The notes beneath the pieces are model-generated. The model did not search any database and was not told the origin of the DNA. It saw only the letters and a program-made list of their open reading frames with translations. A stretch of 64,000 nucleotides of DNA from assembly GCA_963785725.1 (NCBI GenBank), contig CAWAWS010000009.1, positions 1-64,000 of the forward strand, given 5' to 3'. Position numbers and translations under genes: made by a program. This stretch comes from an uncultured delta proteobacterium (GTDB lineage: Bacteria; Myxococcota_A; Polyangia; Palsa-1104). Below are positions 28,995 to 39,438 of this stretch, piece by piece. The stretch's first letter is position 1, and every line of letters starts with the position of its first letter.

Positions 28995-30383
28995 ATGGCG
29001 CAATCGGAACAGCTCGACGTCCTCGTCATCGGAAGCGGATTCGCCGGCAAGTGGGTGGCGTGGGACATGGCCGCCGCCGGAAAGCGCACGGCCGCCGTCG
29101 AGCGCCGCTATGTCGGCGGCGCGTGCCCGAACATCAACTGCATGCCGAGCAAGAACGAGATCACGAGCGCGAAAGTGGCCGACATCGTGCGCCACGCATC
29201 GTCGTTCGGGACCGACGTGACGGCGTCGCGCGTCAATATGCCCAAGGTGCTCGCGCGCAAACGGCAGATGGTCGACGCCGAGGTGGCGTTTCACCGGCAG
29301 ATGTATCGCGATCGGGGCGCGGAGCTGATCATGGGCGACGCCCGCTTCGTCGCGCCGAGGACGGTCGAGGTCAGCCTGAGCGGCGGCGGCACGCGCCAGC
29401 TCAGCGCCGACAAGCTGTTCCTCAACCTCGGCACGCGGCCGGCCATCCCGCCCATCCCCGGGCTCGTCGACAGCGCGATGACGAACATCGAGCTTTTGGA
29501 GCTCGATCGCGTCCCGGCGCACCTGGTCGTGCTCGGCGGTGGCTACGTCGGGCTCGAGTTCGCGCAAGCCTTCCGGCGCTTCGGCAGCCGCATCACCCTC
29601 GTCGCGCGCGGGCCGCAGCTGCTCGACCGCGAGGACCCGGACGTGGCCGAGGCCATGTTGCGCCTGTTCACCGACGAGGGAATCGAGGTCGTCTTGGGCG
29701 CGGAGACGCTGCGCGTCGACGGTCGCAAGGGCGATCTCCGGGTCGTCGTGCGCACGCGCTCAGGCGAGCGCACGATCGCCGCGAGCGACCTCTTGGCCGC
29801 GCTCGGGCGCACGCCGAACACGAGCGGCCTCGGGCTCGACGTGGCCGGCGTCAGCGTCGACGCGCGCGGCTACATCGTCGTCAACGAGCGGCTCGAGACC
29901 AGCGCGCCGAACGTGTGGGCGCTCGGTGAGTGCGCCGGCAGCCCGCAGTTCACGCACGTCTCGTACGACGACTTCCGCGTCGTACGCGACAACCTCCTGG
30001 CCGGAAAGTCGCGCTCGACGCGCGGCCGGCTGGTCCCGTCCTGCCTCTTCACCGATCCGCAGCTGGCGCGCGTGGGCCTGAGCGAGACCGAAGCGCGCGA
30101 CCGCGGGATCGCCGTGCGCGTGGCGACGCTGCCGATGACGAACGTGCTGCGCACCGAGACGACCGGCGAGACGCGTGGCTTCATGAAGGTGCTCGTCGAC
30201 GCCCAGCGCGACGACATTCTCGGCTTCACGATGTTCGGCGCCGAGGCCGGCGAGGTCATGGCGGTCGTGCAGACGGCGATGCTGGGCGGGCTGCCCTACA
30301 CGAGCCTGCGCGACGCGCTCTTTGCCCATCCGACCATGGCCGAGGGGCTCGGCTCGCTCTTTGCGCGCATAAAGGCGTCGTGA
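28995..30383 (+). CDS. Pyridine nucleotide-disulfide oxidoreductase (MerA/RclA/LpdA-like)
   Basis: IGSG, redox-active GGACPNINCMPSK, GGGYVGLEF and C-terminal HPTMAE. Confidence 0.88.
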   Translation: MAQSEQLDVLVIGSGFAGKWVAWDMAAAGKRTAAVERRYVGGACPNINCMPSKNEITSAKVADIVRHASSFGTDVTASRVNMPKVLARKRQMVDAEVAFHRQMYRDRGAELIMGDARFVAPRTVEVSLSGGGTRQLSADKLFLNLGTRPAIPPIPGLVDSAMTNIELLELDRVPAHLVVLGGGYVGLEFAQAFRRFGSRITLVARGPQLLDREDPDVAEAMLRLFTDEGIEVVLGAETLRVDGRKGDLRVVVRTRSGERTIAASDLLAALGRTPNTSGLGLDVAGVSVDARGYIVVNERLETSAPNVWALGECAGSPQFTHVSYDDFRVVRDNLLAGKSRSTRGRLVPSCLFTDPQLARVGLSETEARDRGIAVRVATLPMTNVLRTETTGETRGFMKVLVDAQRDDILGFTMFGAEAGEVMAVVQTAMLGGLPYTSLRDALFAHPTMAEGLGSLFARIKAS

Positions 30384-30438
30384 CGGCGAGCGGCGCTCGC
30401 GAACGCAGCGCCGCTCGGCCGGCCGTGCTAAAAACTCG

Positions 30439-31194
30439 GTGATGCTGCGCGTCGTGTCGCTGTCGCTGCTGTTGGCGCTCCTGGGCGCGACGGATGCGCG
30501 CGCCATGGGCGACAAGGACAAGCTGGCGTTCGCGCAGATCGCCTACGCCGGCAACTGGAATCCGCGCCCGACGGCGCCGCGCCGCCTCTTGTGGGAGATC
30601 GACAAGCGGACGTCGATCGAGGTGACGCTCGATCCCGTCGAGGTCCGGCTGTCCGACGAGGCTTCGCTGCGGCGCAATCCGTTCCTCTATTTGGCGGGCG
30701 ACGCGGCGCTGCCCAACTTCGACGACGGCGACGTCGCGCGGCTGCGGCGCCATCTATCGGCGGGCGGCTTCTTGCTCGTCGACAGCGCCGACGCGCGGCC
30801 GGGCGGCGGCTTCGATCGCTCGGTGCGCGCGCTCATGACGCGGCTCTTCCCGCGCGAGCCGCTGACGAAGATCGCGCCCGATCACGTGATCTACAAGTCG
30901 TTCTATCTGCTGAAGACGCCCGTCGGTCGCGTCGCGGCGGTGCCGTATTTGGAGGGCATCGTGCACGACGGCCGCGTCGTCGTCGTCTACTCGCAGAACG
31001 ATCTCGGCGGCGCTTGGGCGCGCGACAACTTCGGGCAGTGGGAACACGAGGTCTTGCCCGGCGGCGACACGCAGCGCGAGATGGCGTTTCGGCTCGGCAT
31101 CAACCTGGCGATGTACGCGTTCTGCCTCGACTACAAGACCGATCAAGTGCACGTGCCGTTCATCCTGCGTCGTCGTCAGTGGCAGTCGCAGTGA
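30439..31194 (+). CDS. DUF4159-like exported protein
   Basis: PFLYLAG, LSAGGFLLVD, HVIYKSFY, YSQNDLGGAW and AFRLGINLAMYAFCLDYKTDQVH. Confidence 0.75.
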   Translation: MMLRVVSLSLLLALLGATDARAMGDKDKLAFAQIAYAGNWNPRPTAPRRLLWEIDKRTSIEVTLDPVEVRLSDEASLRRNPFLYLAGDAALPNFDDGDVARLRRHLSAGGFLLVDSADARPGGGFDRSVRALMTRLFPREPLTKIAPDHVIYKSFYLLKTPVGRVAAVPYLEGIVHDGRVVVVYSQNDLGGAWARDNFGQWEHEVLPGGDTQREMAFRLGINLAMYAFCLDYKTDQVHVPFILRRRQWQSQ

Positions 31195-33587
31195 AGCTGC
31201 CGCCGCTGTTGCCTTTGGGCGCGACGTTCGACGAGTGGCACCTCGTCTCGCTGGCGCCGTGGGGCCGCATCACCGAGGCGCTGGCCATCGCCTGCTCGAT
31301 CGCGATCATCGCGCTGGCGTGGCGGGCGCTGCGGCTGGAAGAGAAGCCGCGCCGGCGCTGGATCCTCTTGGCGCTGCGCTTTGGCGCGGTGTCGGCGGCG
31401 TTGGCGCTCTTCTTCGAGCCGGCGGTGCGGCTGCAGAACGTCACGCGGCTGCCCAATCACGTGGCCATCCTCGTCGACGGCTCTGAGTCGATGCGCATCG
31501 CCGAGCAGGCGGGCGCGCCGTCGCGGGCGGCGCGGGCCGAGGCGTGGCTGCAACGACAAGCGCCGGCCTTGGCCGCGCTCGGTCGCGAGCGCATCCTCGA
31601 TTGGTACACCTTCGGCAATAAGCTCGAGCCGACGACGCCGGAGGCGCTGGCCGCCAATCCGCCGGCGCGCGCCGACACGACGCACGTTCGCGAGGCGCTG
31701 GCCACCTTGCGCGGCCGCTACGAAGCGCGCGACTTGGCCGGCGTCATCCTCGTCAGCGATGGCGCCGACAACGGCCGCTTCGCCGCGTCGACCACCCCCA
31801 GCGACGGCACTAAGCCGGCGTTCGACGCCGAGACCGGCGACTTCTTGAAGAGCCTCGACACGCCCATTCACGCCGCCTGGGTCGGCCAGACCGGCTTGAC
31901 CGACGTCGCCATCGCGCGCGTGCTCGCCGACGACTTCGCCTTCGTGCGCACCGCCGTCACCGTCGAGGCGGTCGTGCGCGTCGTCGGCCGCGGCCCGCAC
32001 GACGCGTGGAACGGCAAGACGCTGCCGGTGACGCTGCGCCGCGACGGCGTGCCCGTCAAAGTCGCCGAGGTCACCGTCGAGCCCAACCGCACCGACTATC
32101 GCGTGTCCTTCAGCTTCACGCCCGAGCGCGTCGGCAAATATTTGTACGAGATCTCGACGCCGGTCCTCGACGGTGAAGCGATCGTCGAGAACAACGCGCG
32201 CACCTTCTTGCTCAAGGTGATTCGCGACAAGATCCGCGTGCTTCAGGTGACCGGCCGGCCGTCGTGGGACGTGCGCGCGCTGCGCGGCCTTCTGAAGCAC
32301 GATCCCAACGTCGACCTGGTGGCCTTCTATATTTTGCGCTCGCCGACCGACTTGGTGCTGGAGTCGACCGAAGAGCTGTCGCTGATCGCCTTTCCGACCG
32401 AGGAGCTGTTTCAAGAGCAGCTGCGCAGCTTCGACCTCGTCATCCTGCAGAACTTCAACTTCGGGCCTTACGGAATCGGCGCCTATTTGGGCGAGATCAA
32501 GCGCTACGTCGAAGAGGGCGGCGGCCTGGTCATGACCGGCGGCGACCTCTCGTTCACGTCCGGCGGCTACGCGCGCACGCCCGTGGCCGACGTCCTGCCC
32601 GTCGAGCTCTACGAAGGCGGCGCGCCCGAGAAGCTGCTCGACGTGGCGCCGTTTCGGCTGCAGCTGACACCCGAAGGCCGCGCGCATCCGCTGACGGCGC
32701 TCAAGCTCGACGTCGCGCAGAATCGCGCGCGCTGGGCCGAATTGCCCGAGCTCGACGGCACCAACCTCGTCATGCGCGCCAAGCCGGGCGCGACGGTGCT
32801 CGGCGTGCATCCGACGCGCCGCGACGCCGACGGCAAGCCGCTGCCGGTGTTGACCGTCGGCGAAGCCGGCAAAGGGCGCGTCATGGCGTTCACGTCCGAC
32901 GACTCCTGGCGCTGGGGCTTCGCCGATCGCGCCGGCGACGACCGCGGCCGCGCCTATCAGCGCTTCTGGGACTCGGCGATTCGCTGGCTGATTCGCGATC
33001 CGGCGCTGTCGTTCCTGCGCGTCGAGACCGATCAGCCGGAGTATGCGCGCGGGCAAAAAGTGCAGGTCACGGTGCGCGCGCTCGGCACCGACTATCAGCC
33101 GCTCGCCAACGCCAAGCTCGACGTCACGATCGCGCGCATTCCGACGGTGCTCGACATCGCCACCGCGGCCAAGCCCGAGCCGGTCGCCTCACGCAGCGGC
33201 GTCACCGACGACGGCGGCGAGTGGACGTTCGAGCTCGGCGAGGGCGACAAAGCGCTGGCCTCGGGCGGCTATCGCATCACGGCGCGCGCGACGCTGGCCG
33301 GCCGGCAAGTCGAAGAGGACGAAGTGTTCCTCGTGCGCGGCGCCGGTCGCGAGTTGGAGGAGCCCGAAGCGCGCGACGACCTCTTGCGCGCCCTCGCCAC
33401 CGCCACCGACGGCAGCTTCCGCGGCCCCGGCCAGCCGCTCGGCGACGTCAAGCTGTGGCCGCCGCGCGTCGTGCGCGTCAATCAGCACCGCGACGTCGAA
33501 GTCTGGAGCCGCTGGTGGATGCTGCTCATCGCCGCCGGCTGCCTCAGCCTCAACTGGGCGCTGCGCCGTCGCTGGGGTTACGCTTAG
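31191..33587 (+). CDS. Membrane protein with vWA-like and glutamine-amidotransferase-like domains
   Basis: N-terminal TMs, LVDGSESM (MIDAS-like), VILVSDGADN, YVEEGGGLVMTGG, GKGRVMAFTSDDSWRW and C-terminal WALRRRWG. GTGA overlap with the upstream gene. Confidence 0.75.
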   Translation: MKLPPLLPLGATFDEWHLVSLAPWGRITEALAIACSIAIIALAWRALRLEEKPRRRWILLALRFGAVSAALALFFEPAVRLQNVTRLPNHVAILVDGSESMRIAEQAGAPSRAARAEAWLQRQAPALAALGRERILDWYTFGNKLEPTTPEALAANPPARADTTHVREALATLRGRYEARDLAGVILVSDGADNGRFAASTTPSDGTKPAFDAETGDFLKSLDTPIHAAWVGQTGLTDVAIARVLADDFAFVRTAVTVEAVVRVVGRGPHDAWNGKTLPVTLRRDGVPVKVAEVTVEPNRTDYRVSFSFTPERVGKYLYEISTPVLDGEAIVENNARTFLLKVIRDKIRVLQVTGRPSWDVRALRGLLKHDPNVDLVAFYILRSPTDLVLESTEELSLIAFPTEELFQEQLRSFDLVILQNFNFGPYGIGAYLGEIKRYVEEGGGLVMTGGDLSFTSGGYARTPVADVLPVELYEGGAPEKLLDVAPFRLQLTPEGRAHPLTALKLDVAQNRARWAELPELDGTNLVMRAKPGATVLGVHPTRRDADGKPLPVLTVGEAGKGRVMAFTSDDSWRWGFADRAGDDRGRAYQRFWDSAIRWLIRDPALSFLRVETDQPEYARGQKVQVTVRALGTDYQPLANAKLDVTIARIPTVLDIATAAKPEPVASRSGVTDDGGEWTFELGEGDKALASGGYRITARATLAGRQVEEDEVFLVRGAGRELEEPEARDDLLRALATATDGSFRGPGQPLGDVKLWPPRVVRVNQHRDVEVWSRWWMLLIAAGCLSLNWALRRRWGYA

Positions 33588-33623
33588 TCCCACTTCGCTT
33601 ACGCAATCGGAAGGAGCAGCTGC

Positions 33624-34145
33624 ATGCGCCAGGTATCGATTATCATCGGGCTCGCCGCGCTGCTCGTGAGCGGCTGCGGCGGCAACGGCACGACGAGCGG
33701 CACGACCGCGACCGTCGACATGAGCGCCGGCGCCGACCTGAACGGCAGCGCCGCCGTCTGCCACTTCCCGAACGGCGACGTCTGCGATCCCGTCATCGGC
33801 TGCTCGAACGGCTGCGCCTGGTGCGGCTGCACCATCGACGGCACCTCGACCCACGGCATCGCCGCCTGCAACGAGGACGAATGCGACGCCGGCGACGGCG
33901 GCGCCGTCTTCGCCGCGCCGTGCACGACCAGCGCCGACTGCGCCGGCGGCCTCGTCTGCGTCTGGGGCATCGGCTGCACGCAGACGGCCGGCCAGTGCAC
34001 GCCCGCGTCGGCCTGCAACAGCTTCGGCACCGGCATGCCGCCGACCGGCGCGACGACCCTTTGCGACTGCAGCAACCACACCGTCACCGTCACCACCACC
34101 TGCGGCATCCCGCAGCCCTACGCGCACACCGGCGGCTGCGGGTAG
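33624..34145 (+). CDS. Small Cys-rich lipoprotein
   Basis: Lipobox LVSGC and about 19 Cys in 173 aa. Confidence 0.65.
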   Translation: MRQVSIIIGLAALLVSGCGGNGTTSGTTATVDMSAGADLNGSAAVCHFPNGDVCDPVIGCSNGCAWCGCTIDGTSTHGIAACNEDECDAGDGGAVFAAPCTTSADCAGGLVCVWGIGCTQTAGQCTPASACNSFGTGMPPTGATTLCDCSNHTVTVTTTCGIPQPYAHTGGCG

Positions 34146-34176
34146 CTTTCAGCGCGCGCCGACGTACAATGGTGCC

Positions 34177-34962
34177 ATGTCGCACCTCGAGTCCCTGGCG
34201 CGCGCGCCGTTCGATCTCGGCATCTTCGCCCGCGTCGCGCGGCAGAAGCTGCGCCGAACCCTCGGCTTCCTCGCGCTCCTCATCGCCATCGCCACGGCGG
34301 CTTCGACGATCTCGCTGACGAAAGATCTGCGCGATGTCATCCGCAAGATCGAGCCTGAGATCGACAAGCTGCCGCAGATCGAGATTCGCAACGGCCAGGC
34401 GTCGGTCAGCGTCGAGCAGCCGTGGATCTACCGCTTCGGCAACGACGATCACGGCCGCCAGATCGTGCTCATCATCGACACGACCGGCCGCCGCAGCGAC
34501 TTTGCCCCCGACGAAATCGGCGTGTTCTTGAAGCGCACGAACGTCGTCCTGAAGACGCCCGAAGAGCAGCGCGACATGAGCCTCAAAGACGTGCCCGACA
34601 TGCTGATCGGGCCGCAGCTGGTGCACGAATTCATCGCCAAGTGGATGCGGCGCGTGCCGTTCTACATCGCCGCGCTGGCGTTCGTGTGGTTCGTCTTCGC
34701 GAAGACGACGCAGGCGCTCCTGCTCGTGTTGGCCGCGCTCGCCGGCTCGTCGCGCCAGCCGCTGTCGTTCCGCGGGCTCTTCGCCATCGGCGTCTACGCG
34801 CTGGCGCCGGTCATCGTCTTGGGCTCGGTGCGACCGTTCTTGCCGTTTACGATCCCCTACTTCGCGTTCATCTATTGCGGCTTGGCCATCGTCTACGCCG
34901 TGCTCGGCGGACAGCGCGCCGCGACCTCGCCTCCTCCCGCCGATAACGTCACCGACCTGTGA
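34177..34962 (+). CDS. Membrane protein (DUF1189-like)
   Basis: One N-terminal TM, a soluble beta-rich loop (LPQIEIRNGQ, LIIDTTG) and three or four C-terminal TMs. Confidence 0.6.
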   Translation: MSHLESLARAPFDLGIFARVARQKLRRTLGFLALLIAIATAASTISLTKDLRDVIRKIEPEIDKLPQIEIRNGQASVSVEQPWIYRFGNDDHGRQIVLIIDTTGRRSDFAPDEIGVFLKRTNVVLKTPEEQRDMSLKDVPDMLIGPQLVHEFIAKWMRRVPFYIAALAFVWFVFAKTTQALLLVLAALAGSSRQPLSFRGLFAIGVYALAPVIVLGSVRPFLPFTIPYFAFIYCGLAIVYAVLGGQRAATSPPPADNVTDL

Positions 34963-36704
34963 ACCCCATCATATTGACTGCGCTGGCGCTACTCGCTCCC
35001 GAGTCGGCGCTGCCGGCGTCACCGTCGCCGTTGACGACGCTCGCCGAGCAATCGGGCTGGCAGCGCACCGGCCGCTACGACGAGGTCGACAAGCTGTGCC
35101 ACGCCTTCGCCGCGCGCTACGCCGGCGTCGCCTGCGAGCGCTTCGGCACGACGCCCGAGCACCGCCCGATGCTCGCGCTCAGCGTCGGCAAAAAGGGGCT
35201 GCCGACGCTGCTGTTTCAAGGCGGCATCCACGCCGGCGAGATCGACGGCAAAGACGCCGGCTTCCAGTTCATGCGCCAATATCTCGACGGCGAGATCCTC
35301 GACAAGGCGCTGATGGCCAAGGTGCGGCTGGTGTTCGTGCCGGTCTTCAACGTCGACGGTCACGAGCGCTTCGGCGCGCACAATCGGCCCAACCAAATCG
35401 GGCCGGTCGAGAGCGGCTGGCGGACGACGGCGCAAAACCTCAACCTCAACCGCGATTACGTCAAAGCGCAGGCGCCCGAGATGGCGGCGATGCTGACGCT
35501 GCTGCGGCAGGAAGATCCGATCGTCTACGTCGATCTGCACGTCACCGACGGCGCGAATTTCCAGCATGACGTGGCCGTGCTGGTGCTGCCCGATCAGCCG
35601 GACGCGCCCAAAGGGCTGGCCGCGGCGGCGACGGCGCTGCGCGCGCGCGTTCAGCAGGCGCTGACGGAGGCCAAGCACCTGCCGCTGACCGACTTCTACC
35701 CGAGCTTCATGCGCGAGGACGACCCGACGGGCGGCTTCGCGATGGGCTTTACGCCGCCGCGCTTCTCGGACGCGTATTGGGCGACGCGCAATCGGCTCGG
35801 CATCCTCGTCGAGACGCACTCGTGGAAGGACTACGCCACGCGCGTCAAGGCCACGCGCGACACGCTCGTCGCGGTGACGCGCGAGCTGGCCGCGCACGGC
35901 GTCGAGTGGCAGAAGGCGGCGCGCGCCGCCGACGTCGAGCCGCTGGCGGGGCAGAAGCTGACGCTCGACTGGACCACCGACGAGCACAAGTCGCGGCCGA
36001 TCGACTTCTTGGGCTACGCCTATCGGCGCTCGCTGTCGCCGACCTCGGGCAAACAGCAGATCCATTACGACGATAAGACGCCTCAAGTTTGGCACATCCC
36101 CTACTTCGATACGCTCGTGCCCAAGGTGACGGTGGAGCTGCCGCGGCAGGGCTGGGTGGTGGCGCCGGCGTGGGCCGAGCTCGTGCGGCCGCTCTTGGTG
36201 GCGCATGGCATCACCTTCTTGCGGCTGACCGCGCGTCCGCTCGACGTCGACGTCTTCCACGCCGACGATGTGCAGCGGCCGCCGCTGACGTTCGAAGGCC
36301 GCGCCATGCTCAACGCGCACGGCGCCTGGCGCGCCGAGCACAAGTCGCTCGTCGACGGCGGGCTCTTCATCCCGGTCGCGCAGCCGCTCGCGCGCTTGGC
36401 GGCGAACCTCCTCGAGCCCGAAGGTCCCGATTCGTTGACGAGCTGGGGCTTCTTCGACGGCGTGTTCGAGCGCAAAGAGTACATGGAAGACTACGTGCTC
36501 GAAGACGTCGCCACCGAGATGCTGCGCGATCCGGCCGTCAAAGCGGCGTTCGACAAAGCGCTGACGAATCCCGAATTCGCCAAGAGCCCGCGCAAGCGGC
36601 TCGACTTCTTCTATGCGCGCCACGCCTCGTTCGACACGCAGATCGGCCTGATTCCCGTCTATCGCTTGCAGCAGCCGCTGGTCACCAAGCCGCCGCACAA
36701 ATGA
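34959..36704 (+). CDS. M14-family zinc carboxypeptidase
   Basis: GGIHAGEIDGKD, PVFNVDGHE, NLNRD and VDLHVTDG motifs, plus a signal peptide. Confidence 0.88.
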   Translation: MNPIILTALALLAPESALPASPSPLTTLAEQSGWQRTGRYDEVDKLCHAFAARYAGVACERFGTTPEHRPMLALSVGKKGLPTLLFQGGIHAGEIDGKDAGFQFMRQYLDGEILDKALMAKVRLVFVPVFNVDGHERFGAHNRPNQIGPVESGWRTTAQNLNLNRDYVKAQAPEMAAMLTLLRQEDPIVYVDLHVTDGANFQHDVAVLVLPDQPDAPKGLAAAATALRARVQQALTEAKHLPLTDFYPSFMREDDPTGGFAMGFTPPRFSDAYWATRNRLGILVETHSWKDYATRVKATRDTLVAVTRELAAHGVEWQKAARAADVEPLAGQKLTLDWTTDEHKSRPIDFLGYAYRRSLSPTSGKQQIHYDDKTPQVWHIPYFDTLVPKVTVELPRQGWVVAPAWAELVRPLLVAHGITFLRLTARPLDVDVFHADDVQRPPLTFEGRAMLNAHGAWRAEHKSLVDGGLFIPVAQPLARLAANLLEPEGPDSLTSWGFFDGVFERKEYMEDYVLEDVATEMLRDPAVKAAFDKALTNPEFAKSPRKRLDFFYARHASFDTQIGLIPVYRLQQPLVTKPPHK

Positions 36705-36763
36705 GCCGCGCCGCTGCGCCCGCGCGGGCCGGTCGGGTTACAGTCGCAGCGGACGAGCCTGGT

Positions 36764-36777
36764 TGATTCTAGAATCA
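36764..36777. promoter_or_regulatory. Perfect 14-bp palindrome upstream of sdhCAB (putative operator)
   Basis: TGATTCTAGAATCA is self-complementary and AT-rich, and lies 18 bp before a TTGACT -35-like hexamer (36796-36801). Confidence 0.5.
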
Positions 36778-36860
36778 CCTTGGCGGCCGGTCGCCTTGAC
36801 TTTACAGATGGCTACGCATAAGTATCGCGGCCAACCTCGAGCCAAGAACGAAGGAGTGAG

Positions 36861-37547
36861 ATGGCCTCCGCGCGCACGCGTTATTTCGCCAAGAAGCTGT
36901 TCGAGATCTCCGGCTTTTTGCCGGTCGGAGCCTTCCTCCTCGAGCATTTCTATACGAATTTCCAAGCCGTGGGTCCGGGCGGCGAGGCGCGCTTCAACGA
37001 AGCCGTCGTCGGCCTGCAGACGAACCCGCTCATCATCTTCTTGGAGATCGGCGCCATCGGCCTGCCGCTGCTCTACCACGCGATCTACGGCATCTTCGTA
37101 GCCTCGCAGGCGCGGCCCAACATCGGCAGCTACGGCTACCTGCGCAACTGGCTCTACTTCTTCCAGCGCGCCACCGGCGTCATCCTCTTGTTCTACATCT
37201 GCTATCACGTGTGGAACACGCGCTTCGTGCCCATCGTGAGCCCCGATTTGTCGTCGCTGCAGCACACCGGCGACGGTCAGCCGCTGGTCTCCGCGCGCTA
37301 CATGCACGACTACTTCAACGAGACGCACCTCGGCATTCCGGTGCTGTGGATCTACTTCGTCGGCATCGCCTGCGCCGTCTATCACTTCGCCAACGGCATC
37401 TGGAACATCGGCTACCACTGGGGTTTGACGGTCAGCCCGAAGGCGCAGCGTTGGTGGGGTATGGCGTGCGGTCTTCTCGGCGTGACGCTCTTGGCGATGG
37501 GCCTGGCGACGCTGCTCACCTTCGTCAACATGACGCCCAAGGCATAA
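36861..37547 (+). CDS. sdhC: Succinate dehydrogenase cytochrome b558 subunit
   Basis: Five-TM Bacillus-type subunit with His ligands (LEHF, LYHAIYG, CYHVW, VYHFANG). Confidence 0.88.
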   Translation: MASARTRYFAKKLFEISGFLPVGAFLLEHFYTNFQAVGPGGEARFNEAVVGLQTNPLIIFLEIGAIGLPLLYHAIYGIFVASQARPNIGSYGYLRNWLYFFQRATGVILLFYICYHVWNTRFVPIVSPDLSSLQHTGDGQPLVSARYMHDYFNETHLGIPVLWIYFVGIACAVYHFANGIWNIGYHWGLTVSPKAQRWWGMACGLLGVTLLAMGLATLLTFVNMTPKA

Positions 37548-37551
37548 GGAC

Positions 37552-39438
37552 ATGGCCATGGCCGAATCATCGGAAAAGCCGCGCTTCATCGTCGTCGGTG
37601 GCGGCCTCGCCGGCCTGATGACGATCATCAAGATCGCCGAAGCCGGATACGAGTGCGACGTCTTCTCGTTCGTTCCCTGTCGCCGTTCGCACTCGGTGTG
37701 CGCGCAGGGCGGCATCAACGGCGCCGTCAATACCAAGGGCGAAGGCGATTCGCCCGAGATCCACTTCATCGACAGCGTCAAGGGCGGTGACTTCCTCGCC
37801 AATCAGCCGCCGGTCAAGGCGATGTGCTACGCGGCGCCGGGCGTCATCTACTTGCTCGACCGCATGGGCGTGCCGTTTACGCGCACGGCCGAGGGGTTGA
37901 TCGACTTCCGTCGCTTCGGCGGCACGCTCATGCATCGCACGGCGTTCGCCGGCGCCACGACGGGCCAGCAGCTCTTGTACGCGCTCGACGAGCAAGTGCG
38001 CCGCCACGAAGTCGCCGGCAAGGTGCGCCGCTTCGAGCGCCACGAGTTCGTCTCGGTCGTCAAAGACGACAGCGGTCGCGCGCGCGGCATCGTGGCCATG
38101 GACCTGTCGTCGATGAAGCTCGAGACCTTCCCCGGCGCCGCGGTGGCGTTGGCGACGGGCGGACCGGGCGTCATCTTCGGCAAGAGCACCAACTCGGTCG
38201 TCAACACCGGCACGGCGGCGGCGCTCGTCTATCAGCAGGGCGCGATCTACGCCAACGGCGAGTTCATCCAGGTGCATCCGACGGCGATCGCCGGGCCGGA
38301 CAAGCTGCGCCTGATCTCCGAGTCGCTGCGCGGCGAAGGCGCGCGCGTGTGGGTGCCCAAGAAGCCGGGCGACACGCGGCGGCCGGAGTCGATCCCCGAG
38401 CGACGAGCGCAAGTACTTCCTCGAAGAGAAGTATCCCAAGTACAAGAACCTGGTGCCGCGCGACATCGCGTCGCGCGAGATCGTCAAGGCCGTGCGCCAC
38501 GAAGGGCTCGGCGTCGGCGGCAAAGACGCAGGTCTACCTCGACATCGTCAACCCCGACTACGAAGTCTCGCAGGGTCGCGGGCCCGACGAGATCGCCCAT
38601 CGCGTCGAAGGCGTCGTCGAGATCTACGAGAAGTTCGCCGGCGAGGATCCGCGCAAGACGCCGATGCTGGTCTTCCCCGCCGTCCACTACTCGATGGGCG
38701 GCTTGTGGGTCGACTACGATCAGATGACCAACATCCCGGGCCTGTTTGCCGTCGGTGAGGTCGACTACCAGTATCACGGCGCCAATCGCCTCGGCGCCAA
38801 CTCGCTCATCAGCTGCTTCTACGGCGGGCTCGTCACCGGGCCGAAGATGGTCGCCTACCTCGAGTCGGACTCGTACAAGGCGGGCGCGAAGCCGTCGTCG
38901 ACGGTGTTCGAGCGCGAGCAGCAGCGCGTCGCGGCCGAGTACGACGAAGCTCGGCAAGATGGACGGCGCCGAGAACCCGTACCAGATCTGGTGGGAGCTC
39001 GGGCAGATGATGACGACCTACGTCACCGTCGTGCGGCACAACAAAGAGCTCAAGCAGGTCGACGACAACATTCAGAAGATGATGGATCGTTGGCAGAAGT
39101 GCTCGGTGCTCGACACGGGCAAGCAGGCCAATCAGTCGATCATGTTCTTGCGGCAGCTGTGGAACATGCTGTGCTTGGCGCGCGTCATCACCGTCGGTGC
39201 GCTCATGCGTGACGAGTCGCGCGGCTCGCACTTCAAGCCCGAGTTCCCCGATCGCAACGACGAGAAGTACCTGAAGACGACCATGGCGAGCTACGACGCC
39301 AAGGACAACCACGGGCCGAAGATCAGCTACGCCGACGTCGACATCTCGCTGCTCAAGCCGGTGTTGCGCGACTACTCGGGCAAGAAGCAGCCGGCGGAAG
39401 CGCCGAAGGCCGCCCAGGCGACGGAGAAGACTGCGTGA
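37552..39438 (+). CDS. sdhA: Succinate dehydrogenase flavoprotein (about 3 frameshifts near 38400, 38530, 38950)
   Basis: RSHSVCAQGGIN, EFIQVHPT, SESLRGEG, PRDIASRE, VHYSMGG, HGANRLGANSL and ESRGSH spread over successive frames. Confidence 0.92.

Noticed and set aside
28995..30383. Mercuric reductase merA / mer operon
   Set aside because: There is no NmerA domain, no C-terminal Cys-Cys pair and no merR/T/P nearby. It ends in an HPTxxE motif like other disulfide reductases.
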